Assembly: GCA_037447605.1 (NCBI GenBank)
Contig: CM074808.1
Span: 2,170,001 to 2,234,000 of the forward strand
Length of the DNA stretch: 64,000 bases
Direction of reading: 5' to 3'
Source: Zygnema circumcarinatum SAG 698-1b
Taxonomy: Eukaryota; Plantae; Zygnematophyceae
In this document: positions 22,399-32,891 of the stretch, piece by piece
How positions within the stretch are numbered: position 1 is the stretch's first letter
Layout: each line of letters starts with the position of its first letter
Notes under the pieces: model-generated
Databases searched by the model: none
What the model was told of the DNA's origin: nothing
What the model saw: the letters and a program-made list of their open reading frames with translations, nothing else
Made by a program: the position numbers and the translations under genes

Positions 22399-24006
22399 TC
22401 ATACCCACGCTGACAAAGGCTGGAAAGCAATGCTTATCTGAAGGTTGCCAGTATCGTCGAACAAGCACCCTACTAGAGGGTGGATGTAGCGTTGAGTTGA
22501 AAGGTCCCACATTAGCTCATTCAGCTTTGGACCAAAGTTGCTGAAAGAACTCTCTTTGGCAAGCGGGCCCCACAGCTTGCTGCCGACAGTAAGCTCTCCA
22601 AGATTGGGATTAGGATTAGGATTAAGTTTGGAGTCCGCTTTAGTTGGACTTTGAGAAGGTGATGGAGGCTCTCCAAAGCATACAAGCTGGCACGAACCCT
22701 TGGAAACGCGTGATCGAGATGGGGTGCCAACAGTGCAGCTCGCTTCGACTGCCCTCTTCCCCTTTATGGATGTGAACGGATGGCCTGGAGGCCCGCAGTC
22801 ACGCTCAGCCAGACGGATTTGGACGGTGTTGTCAAAAAGAGTGCCCAAACCTGTCTTGCGCAACTCAATGCAGTACCAGTTGCCACACACAAATACTCGT
22901 TCTGAAGACTCCCGAGTCTCCATGCCACTCAGCTCTGCAATCTCCTTCTCTGAGATTTGCCACATCAAAAGGGCAGGCCCGGCCCGTTTGCCAGGACGAG
23001 GAGTGTATGGGGGAGCCGAGCCGTAAAGGAGGCTCACACCGCGGGGATCCATTGTCTTAATGCGAATGGCTTCCTCTATCCGATTAACGTCAATCCATTC
23101 TGCCGCGTCTGGGAATTTGCGGATTGCCAAAAGACATTCCGCACTCATCTGGGGCAGCCTCACTAAGGCCCATAATCTTCGCAAGGCCTCAGCTCGTACA
23201 TCGTAATTGACCGACTCGCTGCTGCAGAGCTCTCCGCTGCTCTCATTTGCTGGCACGCATTCGCCCCCTCCGCTCTTGCAATTCGGGCAGCAACCTGCAG
23301 TGCCCTGCGTGCCGTTTGAGCCAGTCCCTACTGCGCTGCCACTGATTGGCAAATTATTCTTGGCCCATTCCATGATCAGGAAGAACACCGTGTCTTCCGA
23401 CTGCACCTTCACTCGCGGCGACGCCAAAAGACATTCCATGGCCTGCAATGGCAGGGACCAAAAATCTGCAGAGCCGAGCGCTATCTGCGCGTCAAGGTCC
23501 GGAAACGCCTTCTCCACGAAACGGCGGGCAAGCGCGATGAGACCTCTCGCTGCCTCGCTCTCCTGAATGTGCTGCGGCAGGATGAGCACCTCCACAGCCA
23601 GCGCCAAGTTCATGGTGGAGCGCTGAAGAGCCCTCGCGCAGCTGCCCATGACGGAAGGCACGCGGTACTCGTCTGAAAGCATGAGCACCTTCAGAAGCGC
23701 ATTGGTGTCGTCGCAGATTTCGGGCTGCAGCTGCCCTCCCGAGTATATGGCCTGCAGTAGCACCAGCATGCAGTCCCGGTCCTCCACAAGAATTCCGCGC
23801 AGGTCCTTGCTGCTTGAAACCTGCCACGTGTCAGCAAACCCACTGCCGAAGTAGCGGCGGAAGAACTCGGACTCCTTCCCAAGGATGGCCGTGTTCACGT
23901 AGATGGTCTCCGTCTCCCTCTCGCCATAGCGCAGCGTCAGCACGCGGTTGGAGTGGTCGCGGTTGTTGAAGGCGAAGGAGAAGTCGCAGTAGCGCTCCTC
24001 CGCCAT
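22399..24006 (-). CDS. Intronless BTB/POZ-BACK protein, POB1/LRB-like (CUL3 adaptor), about 535 aa
   Basis: MAEERYCDFSFAFNNRDHSNRVLTL resembles the POB1/LRB FAFNDSNFSDRLL motif; BTB core IYVNTAILGKESEFFRRYFGSGF...LLQAIY...VLMLSDEYRVPSVMGSC; BACK region LPLQAMECLLASPRVKVQSEDTVFFLIMEWA and VRLPQMS; single ORF; good ATG context. Confidence 0.88.
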   Translation of the reverse strand: MAEERYCDFSFAFNNRDHSNRVLTLRYGERETETIYVNTAILGKESEFFRRYFGSGFADTWQVSSSKDLRGILVEDRDCMLVLLQAIYSGGQLQPEICDDTNALLKVLMLSDEYRVPSVMGSCARALQRSTMNLALAVEVLILPQHIQESEAARGLIALARRFVEKAFPDLDAQIALGSADFWSLPLQAMECLLASPRVKVQSEDTVFFLIMEWAKNNLPISGSAVGTGSNGTQGTAGCCPNCKSGGGECVPANESSGELCSSESVNYDVRAEALRRLWALVRLPQMSAECLLAIRKFPDAAEWIDVNRIEEAIRIKTMDPRGVSLLYGSAPPYTPRPGKRAGPALLMWQISEKEIAELSGMETRESSERVFVCGNWYCIELRKTGLGTLFDNTVQIRLAERDCGPPGHPFTSIKGKRAVEASCTVGTPSRSRVSKGSCQLVCFGEPPSPSQSPTKADSKLNPNPNPNLGELTVGSKLWGPLAKESSFSNFGPKLNELMWDLSTQRYIHPLVGCLFDDTGNLQISIAFQPLSAWV

Positions 24007-24021
24007 GGCGCCTCCGTCTAC

Positions 24022-24108
24022 CGCTCTCCCTCCCTCCCTCGCCCCCCCCTCCCCCTCCCTCTCCCTCTCCCTCTCCCTCTCCCTCTCCCTCTCCCTCTCC
24101 CTCTCCTC
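24022..24108 (-). repeat. (GAGGGA)n leader of the BTB gene
   Basis: Near-perfect (CTCTCC)n on + immediately upstream of the minus-strand ATG at 24006. Confidence 0.85.
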
Positions 24109-25537
24109 CGTCCCGCCATATCTAATGGCTGCCTGCTGCCCTTTCTTGGCAGTTGGAACCTCCTCCCGTACGAACCTGTACGGATACCATTTGGGAGTTC
24201 GGGTGTCGTTGACACGGCACCTGTCTACGTGGCATACAGCCCACGTGGCACCATATCTATGTGACCAATGGCTGTGGGAGTCAACGGAGACTCCGACCAA
24301 TCAAGTACTGCCTGCGGTCCACGTGGTACTGTACGGCAGAGGGGCCGTCATGGGCGGGAGCTTTTGTCGTCAAGTGGAAGTCCGCATGTGTGAAGGCGCC
24401 ATTGAAAAGGGTGGTGGCCCTGGTGGGTGGGGTGAGGGGGGGGGGGGCGGCGGGGTCCCATCATCCCATGGTGGCCATGGCATGCGCATGGAGGTGGAGC
24501 ATACCGCATGGGCGCATGGCCGCATGGCGGTCGGATGGCATGCCATAGACACGATGGGTCAACATCATGTTGTGATGTTCGGCTTGGCATGACATGGCAT
24601 GGCATGGCATGGATGGCCACCTTGAACCATTGGAATGGTTCCCAGGACGCAGTAAAGGTGTGCGGTGTGGTCGGAAGGTGATGGCCTTCAGAGTACGGTT
24701 ACGGACCGTTCATTCGTGGAGGCAGTGTCCAAGACGATGTTGGGAAGGCGAGACTGGCTTCGTCACAGGGGTGGCGATTTAGTCGCCGAGAAGGTAGTTC
24801 CTGACTATACGGTCAATGACACCCTAACCAATAGTTATTACCTAAAATATGACTAATAAAAATAAGATGATAAATGTAAGACGCATCTAACAAGTAGGAT
24901 CGAGCATGAGTCACACGATACCGTGCATTAACTCATGAAGAATGGGGGAGGGAGGGGAGAGGGAGGAATGGGGAAGGGGGAGGGGGGAAAACGGTGGACC
25001 GCAATCATATGATGCTAATTGCATCTTATGATTAACATCTGGCACTGTAAATAATACATGAATTCTTACTTACAAAATTTCACATACAGAAAAGTGAATG
25101 TCTGTGCTACCGACCGAAGTGTTGGTCAAGCCTACCAGGAGGAAAGCCAAGAAGATTGAAAACAGCCGTGAAACCCAAAGTTCGTCTGCAAAGTCAATTC
25201 GGGAAATTAAAACGCTGATTGACTGTTCAATCTTGCTGCTGATGTCGTACAGAAGAAATATGTAGGCAATAAAAGAATGAAAGCTATCACTGCGTTTCCA
25301 AGGAGGGGTAAGAGGGACCGAAAACATCTACACAGAAATACAGACAGGATAGCTTGGAAGCTTGAAAATGAAGGGCTTGCGGTCTCACCCCAGAACTGCA
25401 CATCAGCTTCCAGAGCTTTAGGGCTTCCATCTAGGCGACGCAACTACCATAAAATACATAATTCAAAGCAAAGGGGAACTTTGTACAAAACCGATAGGAC
25501 AAGGCACAGGTGAACAAGAGCTTTTGCAGGCAAGGGA

Positions 25538-26216
25538 TCAACTGGAGCTTGCGTCTGACTTTTCCAGATTTGCAGAAGGGTCCGGACCAGCATCAGCAGG
25601 AAGAGCATCTACAGGATTCTGGTCTTGTCTCTTCTTTTCCTCGATGTATTGCTCAATCACTCTTTTCCAATACACACCGACGTCTGAATTCAGCTTTGCG
25701 TCAGGAGTTTGAAGCAAGTACTCATCAATTCCTCCCGCTTTGTCAATGCACCGTAGAGCATGAGTCGTCATTCGTATTCTCAACATCTGACCTAACGCCA
25801 AGCTGTAGATTCGCTTCCAATGTACATTCGGCTTCCATGTGCGACGACTCCTGCTCAGTCCCGCCAGCGAACAGCAACAAGAAAAGTAATCTCAAATTCC
25901 GGCAAATTACAGGCATTCTCGCTCTTAAGCCACCTGGCACCACTTGTCTACCTTACGATAGCCACCGGCTCCAAGGTCGCCTTGTATATATTAAATACCC
26001 TTTCACGTCTGCCCTGTTATTCATGCCCACTTTCTCCCACCCTTTCAGCTGCAAATTGCTCTGATTCCAACCCTAGCGCTTCCCGGGGGCTTACTTGTTA
26101 CCGCCGTCCTCGCTAACTTTGTTCCCGAAGCCGATCTCGCGCCCCGCGTAGAGGCCTCTCCTCACGCGCTGCATCATCGCGCGCCCCCGCGCCGCGAGCT
26201 CCACGCCCAGCGCCAT
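25538..26216 (-). CDS. MRPL28: Mitochondrial ribosomal protein bL28m; exons 26216-26095, 25850-25538
   Basis: Spliced product RRGLYAGREIGFGNKVSEDGGNKSRRTWKPNVHWKRIYS...RMTTHALRCIDKAGGIDEYLL matches the plant mitochondrial L28 pattern; phase-2 GT-AG intron 25851-26094. Confidence 0.95.
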
Positions 26217-26408
26217 GGCGGGCTCCTATCCGCCTCCCGCCCTCGCGCCGCCCCAACTCCCTTCCCCCGCCTCCAGCAGCACCCTGCCATGCGTCTCCAT
26301 GCGTCGTACCGCCGTCATCCACGACAGTTCCGTGGCACCTCAACTGGTCCCAGTTCGGACGGAACTGAATGAAACGGAGCGGAACGTAACGGAGCGGAAC
26401 GGAACGGG

Positions 26409-27423
26409 ATGGCCGTGACATGTGTACGGGCCCTGCGGCGCCCTCCTCTTGGAGCCGTCCTTCGGCCCCGCCCGCCTCAGAGCGTACGCCGGCAGCCGTG
26501 TGCCGCTAAAGGAAGAAGCACACAGGGAATGATACAAGCGTTTCTCCGATGGCGGCTCTGGACGAAAGGTCAAGCTTATGGAGAACATGTCGGATGCAGT
26601 ACTCTGCACGGGGTTCAAGTCTTTGACAAGCAGTGAGTAGTTGCACGAAGAAGAAGAAGAAGAAGAAGAAGGGCTTCATGCCTGCTGTGAACACTTCGTC
26701 TCATGTTAAACACAGACTTTCTGATGGTCCTGCGTTCCGCAAACATGGACATCAAGTCAGCAAATCGCTTCTTCTTAGCAGCACAAAAGTGGCTGGAGTT
26801 GCATGCCGATCAAATAGCAGTCACTGCACAGGCATACGTCACTCCAGTAAGTTCATATTTATCTCAGGACGCAGGAGAGAGAAAAAGCGAAACTTTTCAT
26901 ATCGCCGCCTTCGCCAATGAGGCTGCATCTCCATTCTACAACGACAACGACAAAAACGACATTTTTTTGCATAAAGGAGGTCGCTACGATCTATGGCAGG
27001 CTCTAAACCTTTCCGCTACATCGATTGCTATCTTCATATTTCTGATTTAACTTACAAATAATCCCTGAATAGAGCTTCCTTAGAACTTCCGTTAATGATG
27101 CTGTCCAATTCCAATCTGGGTCTCATACTGCTAAATGTGCCATTCTGGAGGTCGAAAGGGCTACAATAATCTCTACTGACAAATAATCGCCCAGATCTGC
27201 CTGTACACCTCTGGTCATCTGAACTCTCGAATGCGCTATGGAAGTGAGTAGCTGCCACACGCCTTGCATTAAAGACCTTCGGGCGAAGTGCTGCCGATCT
27301 CTCTAGGCTTTGCCGACTGCCCAGCAAGTGCCTACAGGCAGTGAATGTGCTCGTCATAAGCTCCGGGTCAACTTCGTCAAGTGTTCACAGCTGCAGGGAT
27401 ATTACAACCTGGAGCAGCCATGA
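26409..27423 (+). CDS. Candidate small spliced gene of unknown function; model exons 26409-26568, 26716/26761-26846, 27195-27243, 27338-27423 (about 125-140 aa)
   Basis: Head-to-head with bL28m (192 bp between ATGs). R/P/A-rich organelle-targeting-like N-terminus; strong donors GTAAGT (26847) and GTGAGT (27244); three introns phase-consistent; stop 88 bp before the RhoGAP stop. No recognised homolog, and alternative models exist. Confidence 0.35.
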
Positions 27424-27511
27424 TTCCCGTGCCACTGCTGTGACTTGAACTGGTCACAATTCTTACACTCGTTCGGCAGCCATACTTCAGCTCCAAATGA
27501 GAACAATAGGC

Positions 27512-30500
27512 CTATTCCTTGTGATGTTCTGGCTCAGTTGAGAAGATTGTGGTGTAGTTCTCGATCACAACGCGCACCGCCTGCAATATCGCCTTCAGTG
27601 CCTTGGGATCATCCGCTGATTCATCTGCGAATTTTCCTGGCCCCTCGATCACTGCAACCGACACCCGGATGGGGTAGCGATACAAAAACTGATGTTAGCC
27701 CGACAGAAGCAACACAAGCAATAGACGCGTATGCTGAAGATGTCAAGATCTGGTTAATGACCACAGCTGATAAGTCAAGAAGAGCTCGAAAACAGTCAAC
27801 TAATCGAATGTGAGGAGACAGATGAAGAACCAGTTAAAAAGGTGACATTACAGTATAGTCCTGGAAGTAAAAGATTATAGTTTCTGTCAATAGGCTCAGC
27901 AGAGATTGGTAAGGATATGCAATCCAAGTGACCATGTACCTGCAGCTGCGTCGCCATTGATCAGCTCAGACACTATCAGCTCATCCTCATTCGCATCTTT
28001 CGCCCCTTCACTTGATCCTGTTGTGGTTGCTTCAGCAGGCGACGATTCTTCTTTGATGCTCAGTTCGGATACGCCAGCTTCACTGACAGCAGTGGTGGAA
28101 GGAGCAGTGCCTTTCTTCCATAGCAGCACCGGAGCCCATTCATCTGCAAGAAATGAAGCATCCATCTGCACAGATGGCAGAACAGTCTTTGATTTCAGAA
28201 AAAGCAAACGATCTCACACCATTGTCTCCCTGCATACGTGTAAAACCGGATAGTTTCCGCGACTTGCAGTTTCAACTTCAACACCAATAACTACAGTTCA
28301 ACCCTACTGAGAACGGGCAACCCCACGAAGTCTCCAACTCCAAACAAGGTTTCATGAAAAACAGAGTTCTGCAAGAAGATGTACATACGAGCAGCGTCAT
28401 CCAATGCTTCTTGTGGTTGGGATGCGCCACAAACCTTTGTGAGTTCCACTTCCGAAGCGACCTTACTCAGCAGGGCAACCACCCTATCCAGAGTTGCAAG
28501 ATTAGCTGGAGGAAGAGTCATTAGGAGCTCCTTCAGTCGCTGCACGTTGCTGCCCCCAATGGCAACAATCTCATCGTGCAGGCTATAGGTCAAAACAGGC
28601 TCCGGAAGGCAGCGGAAGAACGCCAATAGCAGCTGCGCAACATCCCGTGGACTGTAGCCAGGTGGTATCTCCGACTGATCATCTGCAAATCCAATCCGCG
28701 AAGGTTGTCAGAATAGCCCAACACAGAGGATAAAATGCCGCCTTCACTACGTGAAAGTTGTTTGTTGCACTTACGTGGCTGAAAATGTCACCTTGACTTT
28801 ATGCACATTGAATGCTAGGCCGTCTATAGAGGGACCAATAACAATACTCTGGTAATCAGCATAAATGGCAAGTCTATCACAGACCACCACAAGTTTGCAA
28901 GCAAAGACTATTCAGCGACAAGGCCAACTCTCCCAAACCTAGGTCTACAGAACCACCCCCGTAGGAGTGCCCGCAAGCATTGCTCTGAGCACAGAGCGGC
29001 AAGTGACCATTGGACTCTTGCTGCAATCAGTGCGTTCATGTGAGGTAGAAATTATTAGGTGTCCTCCTAAGTCAATGTTTTGAATAACTACAAAGAGCTT
29101 CCCAGAGACATAGAACGTGGCACAAGATACTCTGAAGTGCCCTGTCACAACGGCAATTCGACACATGGAATGGACCAACAAGATTTTAAGCACACCAAAA
29201 ACATAACTGCGCAGCCATTTTCCGACAAACACATACTTGAAAACTGCTTTATGTTCTTTTGAAACTGCCAAGTACAAAGTAGAACGGATTGAGTCGGAAT
29301 GAACCAAAAAGACCGGAATAAAAGGCTTCTGTTGCCTTTGCAAATAGAATTTGGCTGCGGATTTAGGTGACTAAATAACAGAGTTGCCGAGCCCAAGGCA
29401 AACACCGAAATTCTTACCCCTTTCAAAGATCTTCATCAAACGGGTGATCATGGCAGGATCTCCTTCATCGTGAAAAAGGTATTCAGTCAACATTCCTGCA
29501 CAGGTGTGCATTTCAAAGTCAGAAGCCAGCATCCATCGAGCTACAAATGATTTTTTTTAAACCTTTTTTGCAAAAGAGGCCGGTTGGACTTAGCCGTCCG
29601 GGCCACCACACTAAAAAAGGCGACCCTTCATCATGCAAGGAATTGCTGTGCAGGAATGCTCATCGCTATAACAAAAGACGTTGCAACAAAACCGGCAACT
29701 CGTCTGATAAAGACAATACTAACCACACTGATTAGATCATGAGAAGAATAGAGCGATAGATACGATACACCAACAGCTCACCGTCTTTTTCAATGAAAGT
29801 TGTGCATGCCACAACAATGTGTGGTATAGGTACTGGTGAAGGGTGATACCCTACGACCTTCTCGAGAGGCACGCCAAAGACTGTCAAAAGAAAACCCATG
29901 CCAACGCTTTTTTATCACCAGACAAAACTGAAAGTTTACTTCTTCAACAAATTGTAGTGTATGCAGGCACCGTATAAAGCTATGTCGGAGTATATTGATA
30001 CAAAGAGGACAAAGGCAGGAGCACATTGTCATGAATGCAACAAAAACCTGAAGCTGAAGGGATGGGGAGTGGTCCTGATAAGGAAACTGACAAAAAGAAA
30101 GGTTGTACAACCTAGGAGTGGCAAGCAAGGACCTAGAAGCTTACCAGCTCTTGGATTTAACTCCTGCAGGAACCCAACACGAAGATTACCGATTGTGTGT
30201 CAGCAGTGTCCCTAATCGTATGCAAGCAAAGCATTTGCGAGCAAATTATCAAATGTGAATAACAAAAAAGCTCATTCAAGAAAAAAAGGAGACAGTGCAC
30301 CTGAACTTTCAGTCCACATGGTAGTCGGCTACTTAAAGTGGTAAGAAAAACAAAGAAAGCTTGAATGTGTGCAGTAATTGAACTGTCGCGTATCGCTACT
30401 TACCGGTGGCAAAATTTCCATTCTCACTAAAAAGCTCCTGCTGCGTTCCAAGGAATTCCTTGTTGCCTATAGTATCCTCCCCGTCACACCAAACAACAGT

Positions 30501-31678
30501 CAAGTACACATCGTTAAGAGTCTTGCAAGTGTGATACATTCGCATCACGAGGTCTGCCTGTGGCGACTTTACTCGGCATCCTTACCTCAGCAACACGTTG
30601 GCTGATAGTCCCAAAATGAACTTTATCCCGAGTTTCCAAAATACCCTTCTTTATCTTCGCACCCGTCTCTGCTGCCATTTTTGCTGCCAGTTCAACCTTC
30701 GGCTGCACTGTGGTCTGCCAGCCTTCTTTCGTTGATTGCAGTGTCGAGGTAACTCTTGGCTGCACATTTGTTTGCCATCCTTCTCTTGTGCTTTCCCATG
30801 TCGATTTCACACGGCTGCTTGTCACTTCAGCAGCCCCTGCGACTGCTGTGCCGGCTTTCACTGCCGCTTCCCTCAGTTTTACAGCTGCAAGGATTATCAG
30901 GAACACCTCGGATGAGAGAAAATAAATGTAGAATATAAGCCATTTAGAAAAAGTAAGGCAGTTCACCGAGGAATCAACATTACCAGCCATGGACAGAGAT
31001 TTGAGGCAATTCAAGTAGGACGCTTTTGAACTCACAGGAGCTATTTAGCATCGTCGTAGCTTTTTCCCTCCAAGCAGGGTTAGGTCCCTCAGATGGTGTT
31101 GAAGGCGGTGCTGGCGGCGGTGGTTGTGCTTCCTAAGGAACAAAAGACAAGGACCCCAAAGCCTTGGTGGTTGGCTTCCGCATGTAGGCCATTAGAAATG
31201 CCTTTCACCAAACGCCATGACGTTAAGCTTAACACAGTTTCTTCCAAAGCATACATTTGAACAAGATTCTCAGAACATTTATGAAGCACTGCTTCCTCTA
31301 CGATCTGCTCTTGAGTTCAGAAACGTTTGGAAACAGGTTTCGTCGAACGACAAGTTGCTAGCTTAAGCTGACGTCCAGAATTTTTGTAAGCAATGGCAAT
31401 AAGAATGGCACATTGAACTTCCACTATTAAATTGGTAGCTTGCAATCACCGACTCATACCGCTGATATTACAAATCTACAGCCAACTCGAAATGCAAGGG
31501 TCATGATCACTCTCGATGTCAAGGCTCAGTCACAGTACAATGCGCCAACCACAGCGCAGCATGCTCATGATGCCCTTTCCTACGCACTGCGTGCTCCATG
31601 TTTCCAACAGAAGGGTCTTAGGCCATGCCGAGGGCCCAGCCTTTGCCCCGTGGCGTGGCCATGCTGCAGTACCTCCAT
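27512..31678 (-). CDS. Plant-type Rho GTPase-activating protein (At5g61530-like); exons 31678-31673, 31132-31036, 30884-30586, 30466-30404, 30163-30145, 29880-29782, 29495-29418, 28682-28435, 28165-27940, 27651-27512
   Basis: WREKATTMLNSS, IKKGILETRDKV, VFGVPLEKVV..PIPHIVVAC, LFHDEGD, DVAQLLLAFFRCLPEPVLTYSL, MDASFLADEWAPVLLW and VVIENYTTIFS follow the remembered At5g61530 sequence in order; all nine introns are GT-AG and phase-consistent. Confidence 0.9.
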
Positions 31679-31914
31679 GACGAGCCTCTTGTTGATCTCC
31701 TCCGCGTCTCCTCCTCCTCCTCCTCCGCCCTCCTCCCCTCCTCCCCTTCTCCCTCCTCACTCCACCCTCCGCTCTCCTACTGCGAACGCGGCAGCCTCTT
31801 CTGGCAGAGAGGCCGCGGCACAAACAGGCGCGCAGGGGCCGCTGACGGGTGCCGGCCGGCCGGCCGGCAGAGGGGGACGGCGCCCGCCCGACACCGGCGA
31901 GCGGCCGCGCCGGC

Positions 31915-32053
31915 ACCGCGCGGTTACACGGGCGCCTTCAACCGCGCGGTTACGAGGGCGCCTTGAAACCGCGCGGTTACGCGTCCGCCTTCAAACCTCG
32001 CGGTTACGCGGGCCCCTTCAAACCACGCGGTGCCGTATCCCACCCGCGCGGTT
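31915..32053. repeat. 27-bp-period tandem array with palindromic core AACCGCGCGGTT
   Basis: Units start at 31915, 31941, 31968, 31995, 32022; consensus ACCGCGCGGTTACGCGGGCGCCTTCAA; a further CCGCGCGGTT at 32044-32053. Confidence 0.9.
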
Positions 32054-32322
32054 TGGAGGAATCTCCGCGGCTAGCCGGCGGGCGGGCGGGGTCAGAGCCT
32101 GCCTGCGCCGGGCGGCCAGGGCAGGGCGTACGGTTATCTCCGCGTGAGGAAAGAGAAAGTAATAATTCGTCGGGAGGGCCAAATGTGAAATTATCATCTT
32201 CCCGAGAAGAGGGAATGCCGTACGGGACCGCAAATGCATCTTGCGGATGCTGAAAAGGTGCTCGCGGCCGAGGGCGGGGGAGGGATCGGAGGAGATCGGA
32301 CCGTACGGTACGGTTCACGATA

Positions 32323-32891
32323 CAGTAGGACCCCGTCATATTTTCCACCATCAAAAGTGCGTCCCCAAGAAATTCGCCCCGATTTTGCCGAAACCACCTT
32401 TTTGTACGGTAACATGTGTTAGCCGTACTATTCGTACTAACCGTACTTCCCGTACTAGCTGTACTAGCCATCACGGGCTTACGCAAAACTCACCTATTCT
32501 CCCCGCCCGTGCCGCCGTAAGAGGCGCTCGCTCTTCTCCACTTCTTCTTGGTTTCGATACGATGCGATACACTCCGATACGGTACTATCCGTACTAGCCG
32601 TACGAGCTGTAGTAGCCGTTACGGGCTCGAAGCTTTTTGGTTTGCTGCCTCAGTAAACGCTAAGGCGTGCTTCATGTACTGTATGCTGTTAGCCACGATA
32701 CGATACGGTACGATGCGGTGCGATACGACATCAAACGATACGATATGGTGCGATACGATACGTACGAACCTACATGAACTCTAACATAATTCTGCTCGCC
32801 TATTGGTAACACGGACCTTATATTTGCCAAATACAATATTTTCGCCCGATTTCTGCCAAATGTAGGTGGAAAATATGACGGGGTCCTACTG
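32323..32891. mobile_element. Tc1/mariner (pogo-like) non-autonomous MITE, 569 bp
   Basis: Perfect 27-bp TIR CAGTAGGACCCCGTCATATTTTCCACC (32323-32349) and its reverse complement (32865-32891), flanked by TA at 32321-32322 and 32892-32893; interior is GTAC/GATAC pentamer repeats with no transposase ORF. Confidence 0.9.

Noticed and set aside
27052-27357. 101-aa minus-strand ORF as the RhoGAP last exon
   Set aside because: The true last exon (27651-27512, VVIENYTTIFS) matches the family and phase; this ORF is antisense to the candidate plus-strand gene.
31915-32035. Palindromic repeat array as a CRISPR array
   Set aside because: Units are contiguous with no unique spacers, there are no cas genes, and the context is a eukaryotic promoter.
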